From positions 1-10,743 of the forward strand of contig NW_021827268.1 in the NCBI RefSeq assembly GCF_006345805.1: a stretch of DNA of 10,743 bases, in the 5' to 3' direction. The DNA comes from Octopus sinensis (Eukaryota). Within the stretch, counting starts at the first letter, position 1. Each line of letters starts with the position of its first letter. Shown here piece after piece: positions 1 through 8,151 of the stretch. The notes under the pieces were generated by a model. That model was not told the origin of the DNA. It saw only the letters and a list, made by a program, of their open reading frames with translations, and ran no database searches. A program made the translations under genes and the position numbers.

Positions 1-117
1 TGAAATAAAGTGTCTTGCTCAAGAACACAACACGCATCCCGGTCCGGGATTCGAGCTCACAACCTCACGGATCGATCGTAAGCTCGATGCTCTAATCACT
101 GAGCCATGCGCCTTCAC
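1..117 (-). mobile_element. tRNA-derived SINE 5' head (family D), continues beyond window start
   Basis: Minus strand reads GTGAAGGCGCATGGCTCAGTGATTAGAGC...GAGCTCGAATCCCGGACC...CTTGAGCAAGACACTTTATTTCA. Pol III A-box-like TGGCTCAGTGA (107-97) and B-box-like GAGCTCGAATCCC (58-46). Confidence 0.8.
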
Positions 118-124
118 ATACTGT

Positions 125-156
125 TATATATATATATATATAATTATAATATATAT

Positions 157-205
<49 letters not shown>

Positions 206-209
206 TAAT

Positions 210-303
<94 letters not shown>

Positions 304-307
304 ATAT
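125..307. repeat. (TA)n microsatellite with TAA/TTA interruptions
   Basis: Seen directly; source of spurious ORF 92..331. Confidence 0.98.
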
Positions 308-411
308 CCTGAGGTTATAGTAGAGGAACACTCAAGTTGCCATGCAGTGGGGACTGAACCCGGACCATGTGGTTGGGAAGCATATTTCTTACCACAGAGC
401 TACACCTGCGC
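308..411 (-). mobile_element. tRNA-derived SINE head (family A), truncated at the (TA)n tract
   Basis: Minus strand GCGCAGGTGTAGCTCTGTGGTAAGAA...GGGTTCAGTCCCCACTGCATGGCAACTTG...CTACTATAACCTCAGG. A/B-box-like motifs; aligns by eye with the head of the copy at 5289. Confidence 0.75.
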
Positions 412-530
412 GTATAACCACGCCTACGCATATAACGCTTTCTCTTAATTCCATGTCGTCAGTAAAAAGAACGATATAATCTGCAGTCAGCATCCGATAT
501 TTTTATGGTAGGATGTCTTCTGCTTCTAGC

Positions 531-572
531 TCCCTCTCTCTTTGTCTCTCTATCACTCTATCTCTCTCTCTT

Positions 573-606
<34 letters not shown>
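531..606. repeat. (CT)n microsatellite, degenerate 5' half
   Basis: Seen directly. Confidence 0.95.
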
Positions 607-609
<3 letters not shown>

Positions 610-692
610 CGCAAATCTATAATCTTTGTTGATGTCAATAGGTCTACGTAAGACGTGATCCAAGCAAGATATAAGCAGGTATGGAGCCTGAT

Positions 693-780
693 TACATGTA
701 TACATACAAACTCACATGCATGCATGCACGCGTACATGCATGCATACATACATACATACATACATACATACATACATACA

Positions 781-810
<30 letters not shown>
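693..810. repeat. (CATA)n/(CATG)n tetranucleotide repeat
   Basis: Seen directly; pure CATA run about 743-810; source of the HTYI/MYVC ORFs. Confidence 0.95.
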
Positions 811-812
<2 letters not shown>

Positions 813-1122
813 GGCCACTGCTTCGAAACCTTCAGTTTCCATATTCAGAATACAAATTTACATTTATACCAATAATAATTGGTGCATTTGGTTTTATGAA
901 TAAATGCCTGACGGTCTGGATAAGCTTGGATTTTCATATAAAGAAATCAACCAACTCGCTTATACAATCTGTAAGCAGAACAATGAAAATATGCAAAACT
1001 TTCCTCAAGTTTAAAATGTGACATTGTTTTTGTTATCCGCATTCCAACTTTGGAGCTTTATATTTTTAGTAGAAACCAGCTCCTTCCTCAAGTAGTTTAA
1101 ATTATCAAAATCCGATAAGAAC

Positions 1123-1195
1123 ATACACATATACATGCATGCATACATACATACATGCATACATACATACATAAATAATACAAACATACATGTGC

Positions 1196-1272
<77 letters not shown>

Positions 1273-1289
1273 GACAGAGACAGAGACAG
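1123..1289. repeat. Compound microsatellite (CATA)-(TA)-(GA)-(GACA/GAGACA)
   Basis: Seen directly; runs straight into the SINE body at AGACAGAAACTG. Confidence 0.95.
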
Positions 1290-1561
1290 AAACTGAAAGA
1301 AGCCCGTCGTATATATGTATATATATATGTATGTGTGTATATGTTTGTGTCTGTGTTTGTCCCCCAACATCGCTTGACAACCGATGCTGGTGTGTTTACG
1401 ACCCCGTAACTTAGCGGTTCGGCAAAAACGGAACCAATAGAATAAGAACTAGGCTTACAAAGAATAAGTCCTGGGGTCGATTTGCTCGACTAAAGGCGGT
1501 GCTCCAGCATGACCGCAGTCAAATGACTGAAACAAGTAAAAGAGTAAAAGAGTAATAGAGT
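1284..1561 (+). mobile_element. SINE family A body and tail, head missing
   Basis: GAAACTGAAAGAAGCCCGTCG, internal (TA/TG)n, CGCTTGACAACCGATGCTGG...GGGGTCGATTTGCTCGACTAAAGGCGGTGCTCCAGCATG...GACTGAAACAAG, then a repetitive tail (TAAAAGAG)x2 TAATAGAG. The same blocks recur at 5420-5625/6017-6108 (+) and 2711-2833 (-). Confidence 0.85.
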
Positions 1562-1660
1562 ATTCGAATAACGTGAATCTTCTAATTCCAGCGGAAAGTG
1601 TGACAAACTTCAGCCCCTGACTCACATAATGTCCAGGCTTCATTATTCAACTAAACCGTA

Positions 1661-1665
<5 letters not shown>

Positions 1666-1719
<54 letters not shown>
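1666..1719. repeat. (TC)n perfect microsatellite
   Basis: Seen directly. Confidence 0.98.
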
Positions 1720-1721
<2 letters not shown>

Positions 1722-1857
1722 CGATATAAGACTGTCTTAATTCTGTGACATTAGTCAGCACCTTAACTCTGAGGTTTCCTTCTGTACCGTAAAACCTTAC
1801 GTATAGTCACCTCGTTATCTTGCTGCATATCTAGCACTTATCTTGATAACAAGATAT

Positions 1858-2171
1858 GATTGTTATTGATGTTGTTGTTTTTGTTGTGATATTATTATTA
1901 TTATTATTGTTGTTGTTGTTGTTGTTGTTGTTGTTACAGCTGTTTTTTTTGTGCTTGTTGTTTTTGTTGTTCATGTTGTTATTGTTGTTGTTGTTGTTGT
2001 TGCTGTTGTTGTTGTTGTTGCTATTGATGTTGCTGGTGTTATCTCTATTGTTGCAGCTGTTTTTTTTTTGTTGTTGCTGCTGTTGTTACTGTTGTTACAG
2101 CTGTTGCTGCTTCTTCTGCTGCTGCTGCTGCTGCTACTGCTGCTGTTGCTGCTGTTGTCGTTGTTGTTGTT
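1858..2171. repeat. Mixed trinucleotide low-complexity tract (GTT/ATT/GCT)
   Basis: Seen directly; the part from 1971 to 2171 may be coding on the minus strand (poly-Thr/Ala). Confidence 0.9.
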
Positions 2172-2379
2172 AAGCAACAAGACGGGTAAGGGTGATTGGG
2201 TGATGGTCTAGGGCTTAGGGGCGGGAGACCCCAGACCTTGGAAAAAAAAACTTTGGTCGTCTTGTTGTAGTCGAGGGCTCTTCGTTGACGTTCGACACCA
2301 CTGGGAGGTGGCCCTCGAAGTCGCTGGAAATGGAGACCTCCAGGTTCAAATTCTTGGACGGCTGCTGCTGCAGCTGCGC

Positions 2380-2434
<55 letters not shown>

Positions 2435-2570
2435 GTGGTGGTGGTAGTGGTGGTGCTGGTGGTGGTGCTAGTGGTGGTGCTGGGGGTGCTGGTGGTGCTG
2501 GTACTGGTGCTGGTGGTGCTGGTGGTGATGATGTTGACGATGATGCTGTTGTCGATGCTGTTGCACGTGA
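1971..2570 (-). CDS. Putative low-complexity (Pro/Ser/Ala/Thr-rich) coding exon, apparently frameshifted; product unknown
   Basis: Core QLQQQPSKNLNLEVSISSDFEGHLPVVSNVNEEPS has G/C at 31 of 35 third positions, 21 of 35 first and 10 of 35 second positions (hand count), a coding pattern favouring the minus strand. Restoring one base at about 2435, 2275-2277 and 2060-2069 gives a stop-free read of about 200 aa. No convincing splice acceptor found. Confidence 0.45.
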
Positions 2571-2635
2571 TCATGTTATTTTCTCTTGCATTGCTGCTAC
2601 TAATCTTGGTGTTATAGTTGTTGTTGTTCTTCTTC
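2361..2635. repeat. (GCT)n-(GAT)n-(GGT/GCT)n-(GTT)n trinucleotide tracts
   Basis: Seen directly; read as CAG/TCA/CCA/GCA codons in the putative exon. Confidence 0.9.
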
Positions 2636-2710
2636 TTTATACAATACGCATTATTTTATGAAACGGCGAATGTGCAATCTAGCTATAAATTATTGAGATT
2701 AACTTTCGTC

Positions 2711-2921
2711 TATTATCTTCCACTTGTTTCAGTTATTGGACCACAGACAAATCGACCCTAGAACTTAATTTTAAGTTCAGATCTTTGTAAACAAACCAAC
2801 ACCGTTTGTCAAGCGATAATGGAGAACACAAAAGCACACACACACATACATATATACATATATTTATTGATATACAGATATGCATATATACATGTACATA
2901 TATACACATATACATATATAT
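2711..2921 (-). mobile_element. Degenerate SINE family A tail plus its internal (TG/TA)n; head absent
   Basis: Minus strand ...TCGCTTGACAAACGGTGTTGGTTTGTTTAC...AGGGTCGATTTG...AACTGAAACAAGTGGAAGATAATA matches the 1284-1561 copy with internal deletions. Confidence 0.7.
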
Positions 2922-3021
2922 GCACTTTAGGGAGAGGGGTAAGTCGATTACATCGACCTTAGTGCTGAACTGGTATTTATCTTATTGATCCTGTCGTGAG
3001 TGAGTGAGAGTGTGTGTATAT

Positions 3022-3091
<70 letters not shown>

Positions 3092-3179
3092 TCACACTCA
3101 CTCACGACAGGATCAATAAGATAAATACCAGTTCAGCACTAAGGTCGATGTAATCGACTTACCCCTCTCCCTAAAGTGC
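2922..3179. repeat. Long inverted repeat: 85-bp perfect arms (96 bp with one mismatch) around a (TA)n core
   Basis: 2922-3006 is the exact reverse complement of 3095-3179, checked base by base. One mismatch at 3007/3094, pairing continues to 3017/3084, then self-complementary (TA)n. Confidence 0.97.
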
Positions 3180-3207
3180 TGGCATCGTGCCAAAGTTTGA
3201 AGCTAAT
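3109..3207 (+). mobile_element. SINE family B tail only (forms the right arm of the palindrome)
   Basis: ACCAGTTCAGCACTAAGGTCGATGTAATCGACTTACCC...GCTGGCATCGTGCCAAAGTTTGAAGCTAAT matches the tails at 3340-3410, 4556-4635 and 6332-6420 (-). Confidence 0.85.
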
Positions 3208-3223
3208 ACATGCTCTACAATGA

Positions 3224-3410
3224 GGCGGTAAGTTGGCAGAATCATTAACACGCCGGGTAAAATGCTTAGAGTCGTTCCGTCCTGTCTCTACGCTCTGAGT
3301 TCAAATGCTGCCGAGGTTGACTTTGCCTGTTCAAGTTGAGCACAGGAATCGATGTAATCGACTTACCCTTTCTCTGAATTTGCTGGCCTTGTGCTAAAAT
3401 TTGAAACCAA
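3224..3410 (+). mobile_element. SINE family B, head to tail, with internal deletion of about 30 bp
   Basis: Head GGCGGTAAGTTGGCAGAATC, B-box-like GAGTTCAAATGC, tail GCTGGCCTTGTGCTAAAATTTGAAACCAA. Possible TSD ACATGCTCT (3208-3216) / ACATGCTTT (3412-3420), with 7 nt between the left copy and the head. Confidence 0.85.
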
Positions 3411-3705
3411 CACATGCTTTGCTCTTAACATTTTGCAATCTGTTTCCATCATTGGTTCCTCTTCGTTGTAAGAGCAGCACCTTCATTAAATCAAATCTTG
3501 CATCTGGTTAGGTTATCCGTCACTTGGGAAATACTTCTCTGGCAGAGTTTCGTCATACAAATAAGACTTTGTAGCTTGCTCTTTGATGTTCAAAGAGTGG
3601 CCTGTGATGTGTTTGGTTCTTCTCAATACCCAGTAAAAGTAAACTTTTCCATGTGTAATTGAATACCACAAACTGGCACCAACTGTTTTTTGCATCTTCG
3701 ACGTT

Positions 3706-4300
3706 TTAACTCTTGGCCTATCCGGCAAAAATATTCTGCCTGTTTTATATTCAAACTGGCTAGATCCGTTCTCTCACACCTACCTAACAATGTCATTCTA
3801 AAAATAAACAATCACATCATCAAAGTCTTGAAGCTATGAGGTAATGCACGTTTAATTCAAAACAATGTGAATAAATAAGTATTACATTTGACAGAGTTGG
3901 AAGCACTCCGTCGGTTACGACGACGAGGGTCCCGGTTGATCCGAATCAACGGAACAGCCTGCTCGTGAAATTAACGTGTAAGTGGCTGAGCACTCCACAG
4001 ACACGTGTACTCTTACGCAGTTCTCGGGGATATTCAGCGGTGACACCAGAAAGTGACAAGGCTGGCCCTTTGAATACAGGTACAACAGAAACAGGAAGTA
4101 AGAGTGAGGAGAGAAAGTGTGGTGAAAGAGTACAGCAGGGATCACCACCATCCCTGCGGAGCCTCGTGGAGCTTTAGGTGTTTTCGCTCAATAAACACTC
4201 ACAACGCCGGTTCTGGGATCGAAACCGCGAGTCCGCTGCCCTAACCACTGGGCCATTGCGCCTCCACATTTGACAAAGTAATCTGTACGCTAAAAGGTAA
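3706..4300. mobile_element. Degenerate MITE, possibly piggyBac-like (TTAA end), interrupted by a SINE
   Basis: Left end TTAACTCTT, right end GCTAAAAGGTAA. The body resembles a common octopus MITE as I recall it (unverified). The halves rejoin across the duplicated ACATTTGACA(G/A)AGT. Confidence 0.5.
3898..4265 (-). mobile_element. Full-length tRNA-derived SINE (family C) with 14-bp TSD
   Basis: Minus strand GGAGGCGCAATGGCCCAGTGGTTAGGGCAGC... with A-box TGGCCCAGTGG (4255-4245) and B-box GGTTTCGATCCC (4226-4215). Flanked by ACATTTGACAGAGT (3884-3897) and ACATTTGACAAAGT (4266-4279). Confidence 0.85.
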
Positions 4301-4424
4301 AACATATTTATTCTGTTGCCAGTTCCAGCGCGTGGTTTCTGGCCGAGAACTCGTGCATAAAACATAAGTAAATACTTTATGTTAAATATTTTCTCATTGG
4401 ATGCAATATCTGCATTGTTTAGAA

Positions 4425-4943
4425 GTGGTTGTCGACCATTTTTTATCTGTGGACCCCTTTGATTGGAGTCGTTCTGTCTTGTCTCTACGCTCTGAGTTCA
4501 CATGCTGCCACGGTTGATTTTTGCCTTACATCCTTATGAAATCGATAAAATACGTTCCAGTTGAACACGGGAATCGATGTAATCGATTTACTCATCCTCT
4601 GAATTTGCTGGCCTTGTGCTAAAAGTTGAAACCAACACATGCTCTGCACTTAATGTTTTGCAATCTGTTTCCATCACTGGTCCCTCCATTCAATGTTTAA
4701 AAACTGGCTTTATACATACCTTTTTCAAAATTCTTATTTTGCTTTTTCACACACTGACACATTGACTTGTGCAGGTTAAACTATGGAAAACGTTAAAGAA
4801 ACCAAGCTGTTTGATGCAATAAATACGTCTAAATAAAAATTCAAATACTGCTGCAGATCTCCATTTTATTATTTTTGCTTGCTGGGCCCCAAACTTTTAT
4901 ATGGAACACCAGGGATCATAAGGGTCCCAGTTGGGAGCCATTG
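4425..4943. mobile_element. hAT (Charlie-like) MITE with 8-bp TSD, carrying a 221-bp internal insertion
   Basis: TSD GTTTAGAA (4417-4424) / GCTTAGAA (4944-4951). Degenerate termini GTGGTTGTCGACC and AGTTGGGAGCCATTG resemble the CAGTGGTTCTCAACC hAT TIR type. A second copy near 9497 shares CCTTTGATT and CCATTCAATGTTTAAAA. Confidence 0.65.
4466..4686 (+). repeat. Local duplication of 3269-3461 (headless SINE B plus 51 bp of 3' flank)
   Basis: Starts at the same GAGTCGTT as 3269. The post-SINE flank 4636-4686 matches 3411-3461 at 45 of 51 positions. Confidence 0.9.
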
Positions 4944-5288
4944 GCTTAGAATAACACAATAATTTGGTATACCGTTGTCTCTGACCTATGGATGGCATCA
5001 CAGCTACTATTTATCTTTTCTTCCATTCTACTTTCACAGTTGACGAAATAACTGCAAAATTCCAAAAGATATTTGTTTTTCCAGTTCTCGTCACGGCTCA
5101 TTGGGCACGAAATTGAACACAAGCTGGTTTGGTATCCGGTTGGCAGTTTCAAAGGTCGGACAACAGAGACAATAGTTGCCAAAAGATGTTTGTTATTCTC
5201 CATTCTGTGTCTGACAGATTAATTAAACCTCTGAGGAAGGAAATAATTAAACAGTTGATATAGAAGTATACTGAATGGTCGAGATTTA

Positions 5289-6108
5289 GGTACAGGCGCG
5301 GTTGTATGATTAAGAAGCTCGCTCTAGCACGTTTCGGGGTCTGTCCAAACGCATGGAACCTTGGACAAACGGTTTCTACTCTTGCACCGGGTCAATCAAT
5401 GCTTTGTGAGTGAATCTGGTAGACGAAAACTGTGTGGAAGCCCGTCGGGTTTATACATATGTACGTGTGTGTTTTGTGTGTGTATGTGTCTGTGCGTGTG
5501 TGCATGTGTTTCTGCGTGCGTGTGTGTACGCGCATGTGTCTTAGGGTCTGTCCTCGTTCGCCACTTGACAACCAGTGCTGGTTTGATTACATCCCCGTAA
5601 CTTCGCAGTTCGCGGCAGAACCGATCGAGATGGACGCCGTGGTGATCTCATTCTCGTGCTCACACTCAATAAGCATAGCGGAAAGTGTAACCTGTCGAGA
5701 GCGAGCTGTTCTTCTCCTCTCTGCGGCCGGGACGTGGGCTGCGGGGTTCACTCCGAAAAGCTCTATCTACGACGATTCATCTCAATCGAAGGAGAGGGGC
5801 TTTTCTCTCCGTCCGGTTGCGGATCCGTTGAATAAGCTGCCGACGAGATAGTGAAGATGCCGACGACCGCTCGGTTCAAAGTCTCTCTTGACCAGAAATG
5901 GCCTTACACTTTGTACGACCACCATCCCTGTACATAACTCCCTGTCCCCCTACATGGCTTTGCTTTTGCTTTTTGAGCCAATAAAAATTGAATTGAAAAA
6001 AAAAATTGAATTGAATATAAATACTGGAGTCGATTTGTTCGACTAAACCCGCCATGGCGCTGCCTCAGCATGGCTGTCGTCCAATGACTTCAACAAGTAA
6101 AACAAGAT
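5289..6108 (+). mobile_element. Older full-length SINE family A, split by a LINE fragment
   Basis: Head GGTACAGGCGCGGTTGTATGATTAAG; GGTAGACGAAAACTG...GAAGCCCGTCG; (GT)n; CACTTGACAACCAGTGCTGG...AACCGAT (to about 5625). Resumes at about 6017 with ATAAATACTGGAGTCGATTTGTTCGACTAAA...CAACAAGTAAAA, colinear with 1284-1561. Confidence 0.8.
5627..6015 (+). mobile_element. 5'-truncated CR1-group LINE: degenerate ORF2 C-terminus, 3' UTR and (ATTGA)n tail
   Basis: Joining frames gives RRGDLI..SGKCNLS / ELFFS..RGLRG / HSEKLYLRRF / HLNRRRGAF.SVR / VADPLNKLP / DEIVKMPTTARFKVSLDQKWP. This matches the CR1/L2-group ORF2 end pattern (RGDLI...RGH..KL...F.VRV..WN.LP..V....FK..LD). AATAAA at 5980-5985, then ATTGA repeats interrupted by an A run. 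Confidence 0.85.
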
Positions 6109-6331
6109 TCATCAGAAATTATGTACAGCTACATGTCCAGAATCTTCATGAAAGTATTAAGAACCATTCCACGAGTATCCCTGTGATTTCAGACACAATA
6201 CTGAACGTAGTGCAACACATTTGCACTACAATGAATGCACTACTACTGAATATAATGTAGTGGAACACAGTTAGAATGAAACCAGGATTTCATGATCCCG
6301 GACAAACTTCTTGAGCACTCAGCTCTCTAAT

Positions 6332-6551
6332 ATTGGTTTCAAATTTTAAAAGAAGGCCAGCAATTTCGGGTGTAGGGTGGAGTAAGTCAATTACATCGAC
6401 CTCCAGTGCTCAACTGGCAATTAGTTTTCTCGACCGCGAGGGATGAAAGGCGAAGTTGACCTCGGCGGTATTTGAATTCCGAACGCAAAAACGGACGAAA
6501 TGCCGCTCAGCACTTTGTCCGGCACGGTAATGATTCTGCCAGCTTATCGCC
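6332..6551 (-). mobile_element. Full-length SINE family B
   Basis: Minus strand GGCGATAAGCTGGCAGAATC...GAATTCAAATACCGCCGAGGTCAACTTCGCCTTTCATCC...GGTCGATGTAATTGACTTAC...GCTGGCCTT...TTTGAAACCAAT. Confidence 0.85.
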
Positions 6552-6584
6552 TTATACACGTATATGTTAGACCGCACATTGTAG

Positions 6585-6639
6585 GGTAGTGAGTTAGCAG
6601 AACTGTTAAACACAGCGGTCAAAATGCTTAGTAGCATTT
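6585..6639 (+). mobile_element. SINE family B head fragment, cut off by (TA)n
   Basis: GGTAGTGAGTTAGCAGAACTGTTAAACACAGCGGTCAAAATGCTTAGTAGCATTT aligns with the heads at 3224 and 10444. Confidence 0.6.
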
Positions 6640-6673
6640 TATAATTATACATATATATCATACATATATATAC

Positions 6674-6706
<33 letters not shown>

Positions 6707-6734
6707 GATATATACATATATATATATACCCATA

Positions 6735-6813
<79 letters not shown>

Positions 6814-6836
6814 ATATATATAGATCATATATACAT

Positions 6837-6886
<50 letters not shown>

Positions 6887-6973
6887 ATATATATATTATA
6901 TATATATAGCTATATTATAATATATATATATACATATATACATATATACATATATACATATATACATATTATA
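6640..6973. repeat. Long (TA)n/(TACA) tract
   Basis: Seen directly. Confidence 0.98.
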
Positions 6974-7195
6974 CAAACAATCAGATGCAGAACGAATTTT
7001 GTCAGTGAACGGTCGCAGTCTCAAAGTGACGAAAATATTTTGCCTAATTAAATTTAAATGTTCAAGTGAATCTAACGGTTTGTGTGTGTGTCTGTGTGTT
7101 TTTAATGGCTTATAACTCCTTCCACGCTGCAATTGTTTTTGTTTCAGCATACGATCTCAGAGCAAGTCACTTGCTATGCAAGCACGCCTCCGTAA

Positions 7196-7285
7196 CATAT
7201 ATATATGTATGTATGTATATATATATATATCTATAATAATAATATATATAATTATATATATAATACATATATCTAATATATACAC

Positions 7286-7327
<42 letters not shown>

Positions 7328-7357
7328 CCACATATATATATACACACACACACACGC

Positions 7358-7389
<32 letters not shown>

Positions 7390-7391
7390 TT

Positions 7392-7434
<43 letters not shown>
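7196..7434. repeat. (TA)n tract with short (CA)n and (TGTA) inserts
   Basis: Seen directly. Confidence 0.98.
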
Positions 7435-7437
<3 letters not shown>

Positions 7438-7736
7438 CTCACTTCTTTTTTTTCCCTCCTGTGTCTGTCCATTATGGCAAACATGTATTTCTTGTGTATA
7501 TGTCGTTTACATGTGTGTGTTAGGATTAAAATCTGAATCTATTTCATTACATGTGGCTAGGTGGGGAGAACTTGTGTATGAATGTGTGTGTGTATTTATG
7601 TATGTTTTAGTGTAAGTGGCTGTTGTTTTTATTGGGGTTTGATGTAAATCAAGTCCCTTTTGTCAATTCTGTGTATATGTATGTGCAAATGTGTAGGAGT
7701 GCGAATGCTAACGTACGTGCTCCTGTGTGCATACTT

Positions 7737-8086
7737 CCATGTATGTATGCATGTATGTATGTATGCATGTATATATTTACATATATATACATACATACAT
7801 AATTATTTATATATACATATATATACATACATACATATATATACACGCACACACACACATAAATGCATGATATAATTAAATACATACGCTCATATACACA
7901 AGCATACATACATATGGATCATACATACATACCTACATACTTACATAGGTACACACACACATACATACATACATATATACCTCCATACACACACCACACA
8001 TGCACACAACAACATACATACACACATACATACATCCATGCATACATACATACATGCATACATACATACATACATGCATACATACA

Positions 8087-8151
<65 letters not shown>

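Noticed and set aside
2040-2217. Poly-Gln frame on the minus strand with TAA/TAG exactly where CAA/CAG are expected, mimicking a ciliate-type genetic code
   Set aside because: These stops are off-frame readings of GTA/TTA codons or C-to-T decay of CAR repeats; the surrounding SINEs indicate an animal genome.
2285-2660. Plus-strand Asp/Gly-rich frame with a hydrophobic C-terminus (ORF 2285..2617 and its shifted continuation)
   Set aside because: Shadow frame sharing third positions with the minus-strand frame; its GC1 is lower than GC2, the reverse of normal coding bias.
2761-2778. Palindrome GAACTTAA-TT-TTAAGTTC
   Set aside because: Only 8 bp, AT-rich and inside a decayed SINE tail segment; expected by chance.
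3513-3728. Minus-strand ORF ending ...SYLYDETLPEKYFPSDG
   Set aside because: No splice signals or recognisable motif; its 5' end overlaps the MITE terminus.
5052-5222. Short plus-strand frame with GHEIEH (HExxH zinc-protease-like) after a pyrimidine-rich acceptor at 5084
   Set aside because: About one HExxH is expected by chance in six frames of 10 kb; no downstream metzincin or gluzincin residues and only weak donors.
1592-5690. 12-mer AGCGGAAAGTGT shared between about 1592 and about 5678
   Set aside because: A few 12-mer matches are expected in a 10-kb self-comparison; no extension on either side.
7147-7190. Possible plus-strand micro-exon after TTTTTTGTTTCAG ([15 protein letters not shown])
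   Set aside because: Donor GTAACA is weak and there is no partner exon in a consistent frame.
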